The notes under the pieces: model-generated
What the model was told of the DNA's origin: nothing
What the model saw: the letters and a program-made list of their open reading frames with translations, nothing else
Databases searched by the model: none
Made by a program: the position numbers and the translations under genes
Shown here: positions 8,223 through 16,627 of the stretch, one piece after another
Layout: each line of letters starts with the position of its first letter
Numbering within the stretch: position 1 is the first letter of the stretch
Source of the DNA: Bifidobacterium breve
GTDB lineage: Bacteria > Actinomycetota > Acidimicrobiia > IMCC26256 > JAENVU01
Assembly (NCBI GenBank): GCA_945865605.1
Contig: CAMBEL010000001.1
Coordinates: forward strand, 30,885 to 94,884
Direction of reading: 5' to 3'
Length of the DNA: 64,000 nt

Positions 8223-9482
8223 ATGATGGATGTCCTTGACGTTGCAGACCGGCTCTTTACTGGTGAACTCTATCGCTACTCGATGAATCCCTTCCAAGAC
8301 GCTGGGGACTTAGCGGAGATAACTCCCGGTGCCGCTTTCATTGTCGCTTTCGCAAACGCATGCGCCTTCGAGACAGACGACGGTCTCGTGATGGTCGATA
8401 CAAGTAGTTTCTTTCACGCTCCGATTGTCCGAGATTCGCTTCGTAAATGGTCTGCGAGCCGTCTCGATACAGCCGTGTACACGCATGGCCACGTAGACCA
8501 CTGCATGGGAGTCGGTCTGTACGAGGGAGAGGCCGAAGCCGCGGGCTGGATCGCACCCCGAGTGATCGCACATGAAGCAACAACCGCTCGCTTCGATCGC
8601 TATCGCGACACATGGGGCTATAACGCGATCATCAATCAGCGCCAGTTTCGTTTGCCTTGGCCAGCCTTTCCGAAAGAATTTCGATATCCAGACGAGACAT
8701 TTCGAGACCAACTCGAAGTGACTGTCGGCGGAAAGCAATTCTCGCTGCACCATGACCGCGGCGAAACCGACGATGCCACGTGGGTCTGGGTACCAGAAGA
8801 CAAGATCCTCTGCGCGGGAGACATGTTCATTTGGGCATCACCGAACTGCGGGAACCCGCAGAAGGCGCAGCGATACGCGATCGAATGGGCGCGCGCGATG
8901 CGCAAAATGATCGCTCTTGAGCCTGAGGTCATGTTGCCAGGCCACGGGTTGCCAATCGTAGGAGCCGATCGCGTGCGCACTGCGCTCGACGACTCGGCAA
9001 CGTTGCTCGAACATTTACATAATGAAACAATCGCAATGATGAACGAGGGTGCACGCCTCGACGACATCGTGAATACGGTGCGCGCTCCAGAACATCTCCT
9101 GGACAAGCCATACCTGCGCCCTGTTTATGACGAGCCGGAATTCATTGTGCGCGGGATATGGCGTCTGTTCGGAGGCTGGTGGGACGGTGATCCCTCCCAC
9201 TTGAAGCCGGCGCCCGCTGCATCGTTGGCGCAGGAAATAGCTGCTCTTGCGGGCGGTGCCGAAGCGCTGGCTGCCCGTGCCATCGAACTGGCAGATCAGG
9301 GAGACCTCAGACTCGCTGGTCATCTCGCGGAACTGGCTTCTCAAGCTGCGCCGGATAAACCCAAAGTGCACGCGGCACGTGCCGACGTATTCGAGCGGCG
9401 TGTTGCCGCGGAAGCATCGACAATGTCTAAGGGAGTCTTTGGGTGGGCTGCCACAGAATCCAAAGAGGCGACTGGGGAGTAA
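8223..9482 (+). CDS. MBL-fold metallo-hydrolase with an alkyl-sulfatase-type dimerisation domain
   Basis: 419 aa with the HGHVDHCMG (HxHxDH) motif. The C-terminal half has LRPVYDEPEFIVRGIWRLFGGWWDGDPSHL, resembling the SdsA1-like dimerisation region. No SCP2 tail. Confidence 0.65.
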   Translation: MMDVLDVADRLFTGELYRYSMNPFQDAGDLAEITPGAAFIVAFANACAFETDDGLVMVDTSSFFHAPIVRDSLRKWSASRLDTAVYTHGHVDHCMGVGLYEGEAEAAGWIAPRVIAHEATTARFDRYRDTWGYNAIINQRQFRLPWPAFPKEFRYPDETFRDQLEVTVGGKQFSLHHDRGETDDATWVWVPEDKILCAGDMFIWASPNCGNPQKAQRYAIEWARAMRKMIALEPEVMLPGHGLPIVGADRVRTALDDSATLLEHLHNETIAMMNEGARLDDIVNTVRAPEHLLDKPYLRPVYDEPEFIVRGIWRLFGGWWDGDPSHLKPAPAASLAQEIAALAGGAEALAARAIELADQGDLRLAGHLAELASQAAPDKPKVHAARADVFERRVAAEASTMSKGVFGWAATESKEATGE

Positions 9483-9492
9483 CATTCACTGA

Positions 9493-10431
9493 ATGGCCGA
9501 TGCCGCCGAACTTTCGCAAGTACCGGCCGCGTCGGGTTCCGGTGACGCTCCCCGACGTAGGTCGTTTGCTCGTGCGTGCATTTCAGAGGCGCGTCCGCGT
9601 CAGTGGGTTAAGAACGTTCTCGTCGTCGCCGCGCCTGGAGCCGCTGGCGTGCTCGGCCAAGCGGGAGTTCTCCTCGACACCGCTGTCGCGTTCGTAGCGT
9701 TCTCGCTAGCCGCAAGCGGCACGTACTTCCTCAACGATACATTCGACGTTGAAGCCGATCGGCTCCACGCCAAGAAACGTTTCCGCCCTATTGCAGCTGG
9801 CGACATCTCGATCCGTACCGCTCAAATAATCGCTGTGATCCTCATGCTTTCCGGTATCGGAATTGGTTTCGTGACCGGGTGGCGATTGCCTGTCGTCGTC
9901 GCCATCTACGTTGCATTCACGACCAGTTATTCGGTTTGGCTAAAACATGTTTCAGTCGTTGAACTCGGGATGGTCGCGGCCGGCTTTCTACTTCGACTGA
10001 TCGGTGGCGCGGTAGCCGTAGATGTTCCGATCTCCGTGTGGTTCCTGATTGTCGGCGGTTTCGGTTCACTTTTCATGGTGGCCGGGAAACGACATGCTGA
10101 ATATCTAGAACTCGGTACCGAACGCGACGATCACCGACAAACCCTTGGTGATTACTCCATCGAATACCTGGGCTACGTACGGTCAGTCGCGTCGGGCGTC
10201 ATGATGGTTGCCTACTGCTTCTGGGCATTCGACACGTCAATCCACCCCACCGGCGTCGTTTACTTCGAACTTTCTATAGTGCCGTTCGTATTGGCGATAC
10301 TCCGTTACGCGCTGTTAATTGAGCGCGGCGAGGGCGGCGCCCCAGAAGAGCTGGTGCTTGCTGATCATCCGCTACAGATCTTCGCCACTCTCTGGATTGT
10401 CGCGGTCGGGATTGGCCTATATGCCGCCTAA
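9493..10431 (+). CDS. ubiA: decaprenyl-phosphate phosphoribosyltransferase (UbiA superfamily, Rv3806c type)
   Basis: 312 aa. RPRQWVKNVLVVAAP, YFLNDTFDVEADRLHAKKRFRPIAAG and FGSLFMVAGKRHAE align with Rv3806c from memory. Confidence 0.9.
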   Translation: MADAAELSQVPAASGSGDAPRRRSFARACISEARPRQWVKNVLVVAAPGAAGVLGQAGVLLDTAVAFVAFSLAASGTYFLNDTFDVEADRLHAKKRFRPIAAGDISIRTAQIIAVILMLSGIGIGFVTGWRLPVVVAIYVAFTTSYSVWLKHVSVVELGMVAAGFLLRLIGGAVAVDVPISVWFLIVGGFGSLFMVAGKRHAEYLELGTERDDHRQTLGDYSIEYLGYVRSVASGVMMVAYCFWAFDTSIHPTGVVYFELSIVPFVLAILRYALLIERGEGGAPEELVLADHPLQIFATLWIVAVGIGLYAA

Positions 10432-11818
10432 GCCAGCCGCGACCCATACACGCGGCAATACGTTGCCTGGCGATGACATGTTGCTCAATGGTTGGGGTGG
10501 TACATCGCCATCGATGGCCCGTGTAGCCACGCCGCTCAACGATTCCGACGTCGGCATGCTCATTGAATCAGCACCGCGTAGGGGCGCTATTGCACGTGGC
10601 CTGGGGCGCGCATATAGCGATGCCGCGCAGAACGCGGGCGGCATGGTGCTGGACATGACCGCCCTTTCTGGTGTGCGGTCAATAGACATCGATGCTGGGA
10701 CGGCAAGCGTCGGCGCAGGCACCAGCATCGACGATCTAATGCGGTGGCTTGTTCCACGCGGCTGGTTCGTGCCGGTTACACCAGGCACACGATTCGTCAC
10801 GGTCGGGGGCGCTATCGCTTCTGACATACATGGCAAGAACCACCACGCAGACGGCACTTTCGGTGAACACGTTCACTCGCTCACGCTACGCACCGGATCC
10901 GGAGATGTGCTCACACTCACTCCCGACGGGACGCCCGAGTTGTTCTGGGCGACGGTTGGTGGCATGGGTCTCACGGGCGTGATCGTCGATGCGACCTTCG
11001 GCCTCATTCCGATTGAGACATCACTTATGTCGGTCGACGAAGAACGATGTCGAGACCTCGACCAACTGATGACGCGCATGGTCGAAGGTGACCAGTTGTA
11101 CCGCTACTCGGTTGCTTGGATCGATTGCCTTGCGCGCGGCACGTCTCTAGGGAGGGGAATACTCGGGCAGGGAAACCATGCGACGCTGGAATCGCTTCCA
11201 AAGTCAAAACGCAGTTCTCCTCACCACTTCAATCCCACGTCGGCGATCGTCACCCCAGGGTTTGTTCCGTCGGGCCTAGTCAATGGACTAACAATCCGGG
11301 CATTCAACGAGTTGTGGTTCCGCAAGGCTCGCCATCGCCACGTAGGAACCCAACAATCGATCGGTTTCTTCTTCCATCCACTCGACATGGTTGAGTCATG
11401 GAACCGAATGTACGGCCGGCGCGGGTTTGTGCAATACCAATTCGTGGTGCCTGATGGCTCCGAAGAGGCCGTGCGCGTCGCGGTGGAACGCCTCTCCGGT
11501 GCAGGAGCCGCTTCATTTCTCGCTGTTCTAAAGCGATTTAGGCCACAGAATCGTGGGATGTTGTCCTTTCCTGCATCGGGGTGGACCCTCGCGCTCGATA
11601 TTCCAGTTGGCAATCCCGAACTCGGCCGTTTACTAGATCGACTCGACGATGTAGTGCTCGACGCTGGTGGGCGTGTTTATCTATCCAAGGATTCCCGCAC
11701 AAGACCCGAACACCTTGAACAGATGTACCCGCGTCTCAATGAGTTTCGCGAGGCGCGCGCAAAACTCGATCCCGACCGTGTGATCACATCAGATCTCTCC
11801 CGTCGGCTCGGCCTCTAG
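10421..11818 (+). CDS. dprE1: decaprenylphosphoryl-beta-D-ribose 2'-oxidase
   Basis: Similar to Mtb DprE1 along its full length (GAIARGLGR.Y.D.AQN.GG, VTVGGAIA.DIHGKNHH, FWATVGG.GLTG, YQFV.P, YL.KDSR). Start at ATG 10421 overlaps ubiA by 11 nt. ATG 10475 is the alternative. Confidence 0.9.
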   Translation: MPPKPAATHTRGNTLPGDDMLLNGWGGTSPSMARVATPLNDSDVGMLIESAPRRGAIARGLGRAYSDAAQNAGGMVLDMTALSGVRSIDIDAGTASVGAGTSIDDLMRWLVPRGWFVPVTPGTRFVTVGGAIASDIHGKNHHADGTFGEHVHSLTLRTGSGDVLTLTPDGTPELFWATVGGMGLTGVIVDATFGLIPIETSLMSVDEERCRDLDQLMTRMVEGDQLYRYSVAWIDCLARGTSLGRGILGQGNHATLESLPKSKRSSPHHFNPTSAIVTPGFVPSGLVNGLTIRAFNELWFRKARHRHVGTQQSIGFFFHPLDMVESWNRMYGRRGFVQYQFVVPDGSEEAVRVAVERLSGAGAASFLAVLKRFRPQNRGMLSFPASGWTLALDIPVGNPELGRLLDRLDDVVLDAGGRVYLSKDSRTRPEHLEQMYPRLNEFREARAKLDPDRVITSDLSRRLGL

Positions 11819-11827
11819 CTCGAAAGG

Positions 11828-12595
11828 ATGTCCATGAAAGACGCTCTCGGATTCCCACAGTCTGTTTTGGTTCTTGGAGGCGGTTCAGAAATCGCACACG
11901 CAACGGTTCGCAAACTCATTACCTCCCGTTGTCGCAGAGTCATTCTGGCGGGACGCGACACAGAAGCGATGACGACGCCCGCCAAAGAACTACGCGATGC
12001 GGGAGCAGAGACCGTTGATGTAATCCACTTCGACGCTCTAGATGTTGGATCACACGATTCGTTCGTCGCGAACGCATTCGCTGGCCAAGGCGACATAGAT
12101 CTCGTGCTCATCACCTTCGGCGTTCTCGGAGATCAGTACCTAGCGGAACACGACGCCGATGAAGCGCGCCGGATAGTCGCAAGCAACTTCACGGGCGCGG
12201 TCTCTGTCTTGGTCCCCGTAGTCAATGCCTTACGAGCACAGGGGCACGGAACGATCGTGGCGCTTTCCTCTGCAGCCGGTGAACGCGCTCGCAAGTCCAA
12301 CTTCGTCTATGGAGCATCCAAGGCGGGGCTGGACGCTTACTGCCAGGGTCTTGGCGACAGCCTTGTTGGCACTGGCGTGCGGGTGATGATTGTGCGACCA
12401 GGTTTCGTTCACACCAAGATGACCGAGGGTCTAGACCCTGCTCCGCTTTCCACTACTCCTGATGCAGTCGCCGACGCGATCGTCACGGGTCTTGGACGCG
12501 GCACCGAAATTGTGTGGGTTCCGACTCAACTGCGGTTCGTGATGTCCGCTCTGCGCCATGTTCCACGCGTGGTATTCCGGCGGCTTCCTATCTGA
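11828..12595 (+). CDS. dprE2: decaprenylphospho-2'-keto-D-ribose reductase (SDR)
   Basis: 255 aa. PQSVLVLGGGSEI, SSAAGERARKSNFVYGASKAGLD and the C-terminal MSALRHVPRVVFRRLPI closely parallel Mtb DprE2. Confidence 0.9.
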   Translation: MSMKDALGFPQSVLVLGGGSEIAHATVRKLITSRCRRVILAGRDTEAMTTPAKELRDAGAETVDVIHFDALDVGSHDSFVANAFAGQGDIDLVLITFGVLGDQYLAEHDADEARRIVASNFTGAVSVLVPVVNALRAQGHGTIVALSSAAGERARKSNFVYGASKAGLDAYCQGLGDSLVGTGVRVMIVRPGFVHTKMTEGLDPAPLSTTPDAVADAIVTGLGRGTEIVWVPTQLRFVMSALRHVPRVVFRRLPI

Positions 12596-12596
12596 G

Positions 12597-13196
12597 ATGA
12601 GCGACGCGGTGCGGCAAGTCGCCGCGTTTGACTTCGATGGAACAATCACGCGCGCCGATACGCTCGGCCCGTTCCTTGCACGTGTTGTGGGACGCGCACG
12701 CCTGTACCGGTCGCTCCTCTTGCGCTCCCCTGTTTTGGCTGCGACGTTCGTCGGTATCGCTGATCGAGATGCAGAAAAGGAACGCCTGTGCGGTCGACTG
12801 CTAGCCGGGCGCGCCGCCCAGGACGTCACTGACGTTGGCATCACTTACGCCGCCGAACTGCTTGCTGCGCGACCATTTCGCAAAGAAATGCTCGACCGAA
12901 TCGCTTGGCATCGCAGCGAGAACCACAAAGTGGTCGTGGTGTCAGCATCATTAAACGTTTACCTTGAACCCCTTGCCCGCGACCTCGGGATAGATCACGT
13001 GATTTGTACGAGCCTCGAAGTTGACTCCGCCGGGACGATTACTGGAAAGCTCGTTGGCGGCAATGTTCGCGGCCCAGAAAAGGCGAGGCGATTGCAAACG
13101 TGGCTAGGTGACGGTCCTGTTGAGATCTGGGCATACGGCAACTCCAATGGCGACCGCGAACTTCTCGCTATGGCCAACCACGCGGAGTGGGTGTGA
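12597..13196 (+). CDS. HAD-superfamily subfamily IB phosphatase (SerB-like)
   Basis: ATG at 12597, one nt after the dprE2 stop. HAD motifs FDFDGTIT (DxDxT), VVVVSAS and YGNSNGDRELL. Confidence 0.75.
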   Translation: MSDAVRQVAAFDFDGTITRADTLGPFLARVVGRARLYRSLLLRSPVLAATFVGIADRDAEKERLCGRLLAGRAAQDVTDVGITYAAELLAARPFRKEMLDRIAWHRSENHKVVVVSASLNVYLEPLARDLGIDHVICTSLEVDSAGTITGKLVGGNVRGPEKARRLQTWLGDGPVEIWAYGNSNGDRELLAMANHAEWV

Positions 13197-15202
13197 CAAG
13201 AACCGCTGGCTCACGTCGGTGGTTGTTTGCGGTGCTCGTAATCGCAGCCGCCGCGTTCGTATCGGCGATTGCCGTGCAACGCAACATTTTCCCGTTGTAT
13301 TCAGGCGACCACGATGAACCGGTCTATGTGTTCCAGGCCCAGATGCTCACGAACGGTGAATTGACGCTTCCGCGTTCGCAAAACGAGTTTTTCCGACCGT
13401 GGCTCTCCGGTCCACGCGGCGACCGCCTCGTGATGGCATTCCAGCCGCTGTGGCCCGCCGTGTTGATGGTTGCAGACAAGGCCACCGGAAGCATGTTGCC
13501 TGCACTCGGCCTTGCTGCGGCGTCCGCTGTGTTCGCTACCTATTTTTTCGCCATGGAGATTCTTCGAAAAACGTCGCGTGCCGCAATCGCTGCTGCGTTA
13601 TTCGCTGTCTCTCCATTCGTTCTGATACTTGGGGGCACGTACCTGAACTACGTGTTCGCGGTCGCACTCGGAACCGCTTTCTATGCGCTAGCACTACGTG
13701 CGCTGCGAACAACCTCACGCGTTGCAGCGCTGCTTGCGGGTTGCACGTGGGGAGCGATCATGCTCACCCGTCCCTTCGACGCATTGCTATACGCGATACC
13801 AATTATCGGTTATGCGATCGCAACCCGTGATCGCGCCGAGACCGACGCGGGCAAGTTTGCGCGCTGGACAGCGATTGGTGCTGCGCCACTACTGATCATC
13901 GTTGTCGCTAGCAATATCGCAATCACCGGTGACCTATTCACCTTTCCCACGACGGTTCAGAGTGGCGGAACTAGCGCATTCGGTTTCGGGTACCGCGCGA
14001 TCGCGCCAGGCGCTTACGGATTCGATTTCACACCGGGGTATTCCATGGTCGCCCTCGGAACGAACCTTTTGGCTCTTCCGAACTGGTTATTCGGTACCTA
14101 TCTAGCAATGGGTCTTGCGATCTTTGGCGGCATCAAGTTGTGGCGACGAGATCGCTCGACGACCAGCTTGCTTCTGGTGATGATGTTTGTCTTTCCGATT
14201 GGATACATCGCTTGGTGGGCAAGTGCCTTGACTATCGACGGGGCCGTCAACGGCTTGGGGCCTCACTACTACTTGCCAATGATGGTTCCGTTAGCGGTAC
14301 TCATTACATATGGATTATTGGAGCTTCATGCGTTGCGTCGCATCGCGGTTCCACTTACGTTGATAGCGATGTTGATCGCGACTTTGTTCGGATTACCGGC
14401 CAAGTTGGATGACAAGCGTTTCGTCGAAGACCACGCGAAAGACTACGCACGAGAGGTAACGCACGGTCTTTTGCAGCGAGGCGGCGAACCCGCGCTGGTG
14501 ACCTTGGAAGGCACAAAGGATCCCTATGTGATGCACCCACGTGCATTCCTTGCGAACTCACCAGACTTGAGTGATGGCATCCTCTACGCCCTAGACCGAG
14601 GTGCGCGCAACATTGACCTGATTGATGGTTACAAAGACCGGCGCGCGTATCGCCTCATCAGTGAACTACCGACAGGCACGGACTTGGAACGGGTGCCGGT
14701 ACAAGTTCGGCGGCAATCGGTCGCCCGCGGAGCGAGCGTCACCTTCGATACGACCGTGACCAACAATGACGGAGCTCCAGTCGTAATCGCCTACATCTGC
14801 CGTGGACAAAAGATCGATCGCCAACTCCTAGACACGGATTCGCGCAAAGGCGAGCGTTACCAAGTGCAGTGGACGATCGAACCCGATGCAATCACATTCG
14901 AAGGACATTCAGAGCGCTCTCTCGGGGTCGAGCCTTCCTCCACGCGCCATGGGCGCTGTGGACCACGTCGCGCCGACACAATTGCGCTCGGAGCATCGTT
15001 CGGTGCAACTGTCTCCACACCCGACCCAGTTCGCGCGGAGTGGCGCACGTATGGCAGAACTTCGAAACGCACCACAGGAGAAGTTGTAGAAATACTCACC
15101 GCACCTGAGCAGTGGATCCGATTCGGCGGCGAAATCGGCTCTTGGCTTCCCGCCGATGTTGGCAATGCGCTATCGGTCGAAGTCAAAGGTCATCAGTCCT
15201 GA
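13187..15202 (+). CDS. GT-C-fold polyprenyl-phosphate-sugar-dependent glycosyltransferase (ArnT/PMT-like), candidate arabinofuranosyltransferase
   Basis: 671 aa. GTG start overlaps the HAD gene by 10 nt. Many TM helices over about 420 aa, an acidic first-loop motif SGDHDEPVYVF, and a soluble C-terminal domain of about 240 aa. Confidence 0.6.
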   Translation: MGVTRTAGSRRWLFAVLVIAAAAFVSAIAVQRNIFPLYSGDHDEPVYVFQAQMLTNGELTLPRSQNEFFRPWLSGPRGDRLVMAFQPLWPAVLMVADKATGSMLPALGLAAASAVFATYFFAMEILRKTSRAAIAAALFAVSPFVLILGGTYLNYVFAVALGTAFYALALRALRTTSRVAALLAGCTWGAIMLTRPFDALLYAIPIIGYAIATRDRAETDAGKFARWTAIGAAPLLIIVVASNIAITGDLFTFPTTVQSGGTSAFGFGYRAIAPGAYGFDFTPGYSMVALGTNLLALPNWLFGTYLAMGLAIFGGIKLWRRDRSTTSLLLVMMFVFPIGYIAWWASALTIDGAVNGLGPHYYLPMMVPLAVLITYGLLELHALRRIAVPLTLIAMLIATLFGLPAKLDDKRFVEDHAKDYAREVTHGLLQRGGEPALVTLEGTKDPYVMHPRAFLANSPDLSDGILYALDRGARNIDLIDGYKDRRAYRLISELPTGTDLERVPVQVRRQSVARGASVTFDTTVTNNDGAPVVIAYICRGQKIDRQLLDTDSRKGERYQVQWTIEPDAITFEGHSERSLGVEPSSTRHGRCGPRRADTIALGASFGATVSTPDPVRAEWRTYGRTSKRTTGEVVEILTAPEQWIRFGGEIGSWLPADVGNALSVEVKGHQS

Positions 15203-15274
15203 CCCACAAGTCCTGGTACCGTCCCGCGCCGTGGCAGGAGAAGTGGTTAACGCGACCGAAGTACGGGGGAACTG

Positions 15275-16075
15275 ATGGAACTCGCAGGATCGACAATCCT
15301 GGTGACCGGCGCATCGTCGGGCATCGGTGAAGCACTTGCACCGCTGCTCGCAGCGAAGGGCGCGACGGTTGGCATAGTCGCGCGGCGCGCAGACCGCCTT
15401 GAAACCGTGCTTGCTCAATGCCGGGAGCACAGTCCCAACTCAGCGATGTGGACTGCCGACCTATCCGACCTGGACGTAGCTGTCGGCGTCGCGCGTGCCG
15501 CGATCGAACAATTCGGGCGGCTCGATGTACTTGTAAACAACGCGGCGATAGGCAAACGCAAACTCGCGCAAGACCTCACGCCAGATGATCTGGATGTGAC
15601 CATGCGCACCAACTTCACCTCGCCGATACGCATGGCGATGGAAGTGATGCCGCAAATGATCGAGCGCGGAACTGGCCTTATCGTGAATGTTTCGAGCATG
15701 GGTGGGCGCCTCGGAATCGCGCACGAAAGCGCATACTGCGCAGCGAAGTTCGCTATGGCTGGTTGGAGCGAATCGGCACGGCTCGATCTCGATGGCACGG
15801 GAGTCAAGGTGAAACTTGTTCTACCGGGACCGATCGATACGGAGATCTGGCAGGTTCAACCGGGAGAACTGCCGAGTTTCTACGAAGGACCGTTCGTGAC
15901 AGCGCACGATTGCGCTGCCGACATCGTGACAGCGATGGAGGACCCGGTTGGATTCGAGTACTACACGCCCGAAGAAGTGCCGGGTGGCTGGCGGCAAAAA
16001 GACCTGGTAGTGGGCAAAGCGACTGACTGCGACGGTTTCCTAACCGGCATGGCCCAAATGACCGCCAGCCCCTAA
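15275..16075 (+). CDS. short-chain dehydrogenase/reductase
   Basis: 266 aa with VTGASSGIGEA (TGxxxGxG), NNAA, and S...YCAAK catalytic residues. Confidence 0.85.
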   Translation: MELAGSTILVTGASSGIGEALAPLLAAKGATVGIVARRADRLETVLAQCREHSPNSAMWTADLSDLDVAVGVARAAIEQFGRLDVLVNNAAIGKRKLAQDLTPDDLDVTMRTNFTSPIRMAMEVMPQMIERGTGLIVNVSSMGGRLGIAHESAYCAAKFAMAGWSESARLDLDGTGVKVKLVLPGPIDTEIWQVQPGELPSFYEGPFVTAHDCAADIVTAMEDPVGFEYYTPEEVPGGWRQKDLVVGKATDCDGFLTGMAQMTASP

Positions 16076-16085
16076 GCCCTCCCCT

Positions 16086-16170
16086 GTTTCAGCGCTGAAT
16101 CTGAGCACCAGGGTGCCCCGTTTCAGCGCTGAATCTGAGCACCAGGGTGCTCAATTCGCGTGTTGAAAGC
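16086..16170. repeat. intergenic repeat element, copy B (two tandem 34-nt units plus tail)
   Basis: GTTTCAGCGCTGAATCTGAGCACCAGGGTGC occurs twice back-to-back (16086-16115 and 16120-16149), followed by AATTCGCGTGTTGAAAGC, similar to the tail of copy A. Fills the gap between convergent stops. Confidence 0.85.
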
Positions 16171-16171
16171 C

Positions 16172-16627
16172 TTAGCCGTTCAGATTCGTCCGGCCTGACA
16201 CGAGAACCGCGAGGTGTAGCTCCAGGCTGTGCTCAATCGAACACGGCCCTTCGTCCAAGAATTCGCCGATCTGCTGCCAACAGTCTTCTGCGACGCGTCC
16301 CCATACCCCCACTAACAGCGCGTGTGAGTCGAGGCACTGAACAACGATCTCCGCAGGTTCGTGCATCGCTGTGAGTTTGATGTCGCTATCCAGTTGTTCT
16401 GCGGTAGTCGGACCCGTCGCACTCTCCACTCCGGAGATGGCCCTTTCGACCGTGGAGCGATTCGCGTTGGCGCGCAGTGCGATATTTACGACTACGTGAG
16501 CGCGCGACCAATCAGGAACTAGCGATGGTCCTCGCATAGCGGCATCGTCTAACGCTACGAGTGCCCGCGCGAACGTGGTAAACGCTGAATCAACTTCCGC
16601 TACACGTTTTGCAATCGTCGGGTTCAC
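16172..16627 (-). CDS. DinB/mycothiol-maleylpyruvate-isomerase N-terminal-domain protein (short)
   Basis: 151 aa. PSLVPDWSRAHVVVNIALRANA resembles the MDMPI_N signature PS.LPGWTRGHVLTHLARNAD. GTGA start/stop overlap with the upstream gene. Confidence 0.45.
   Translation of the reverse strand: MNPTIAKRVAEVDSAFTTFARALVALDDAAMRGPSLVPDWSRAHVVVNIALRANANRSTVERAISGVESATGPTTAEQLDSDIKLTAMHEPAEIVVQCLDSHALLVGVWGRVAEDCWQQIGEFLDEGPCSIEHSLELHLAVLVSGRTNLNG

Noticed and set aside
16086-16152. Possible CRISPR array
   Set aside because: There are only two directly abutting repeat units with no spacers, and no cas genes in the window.
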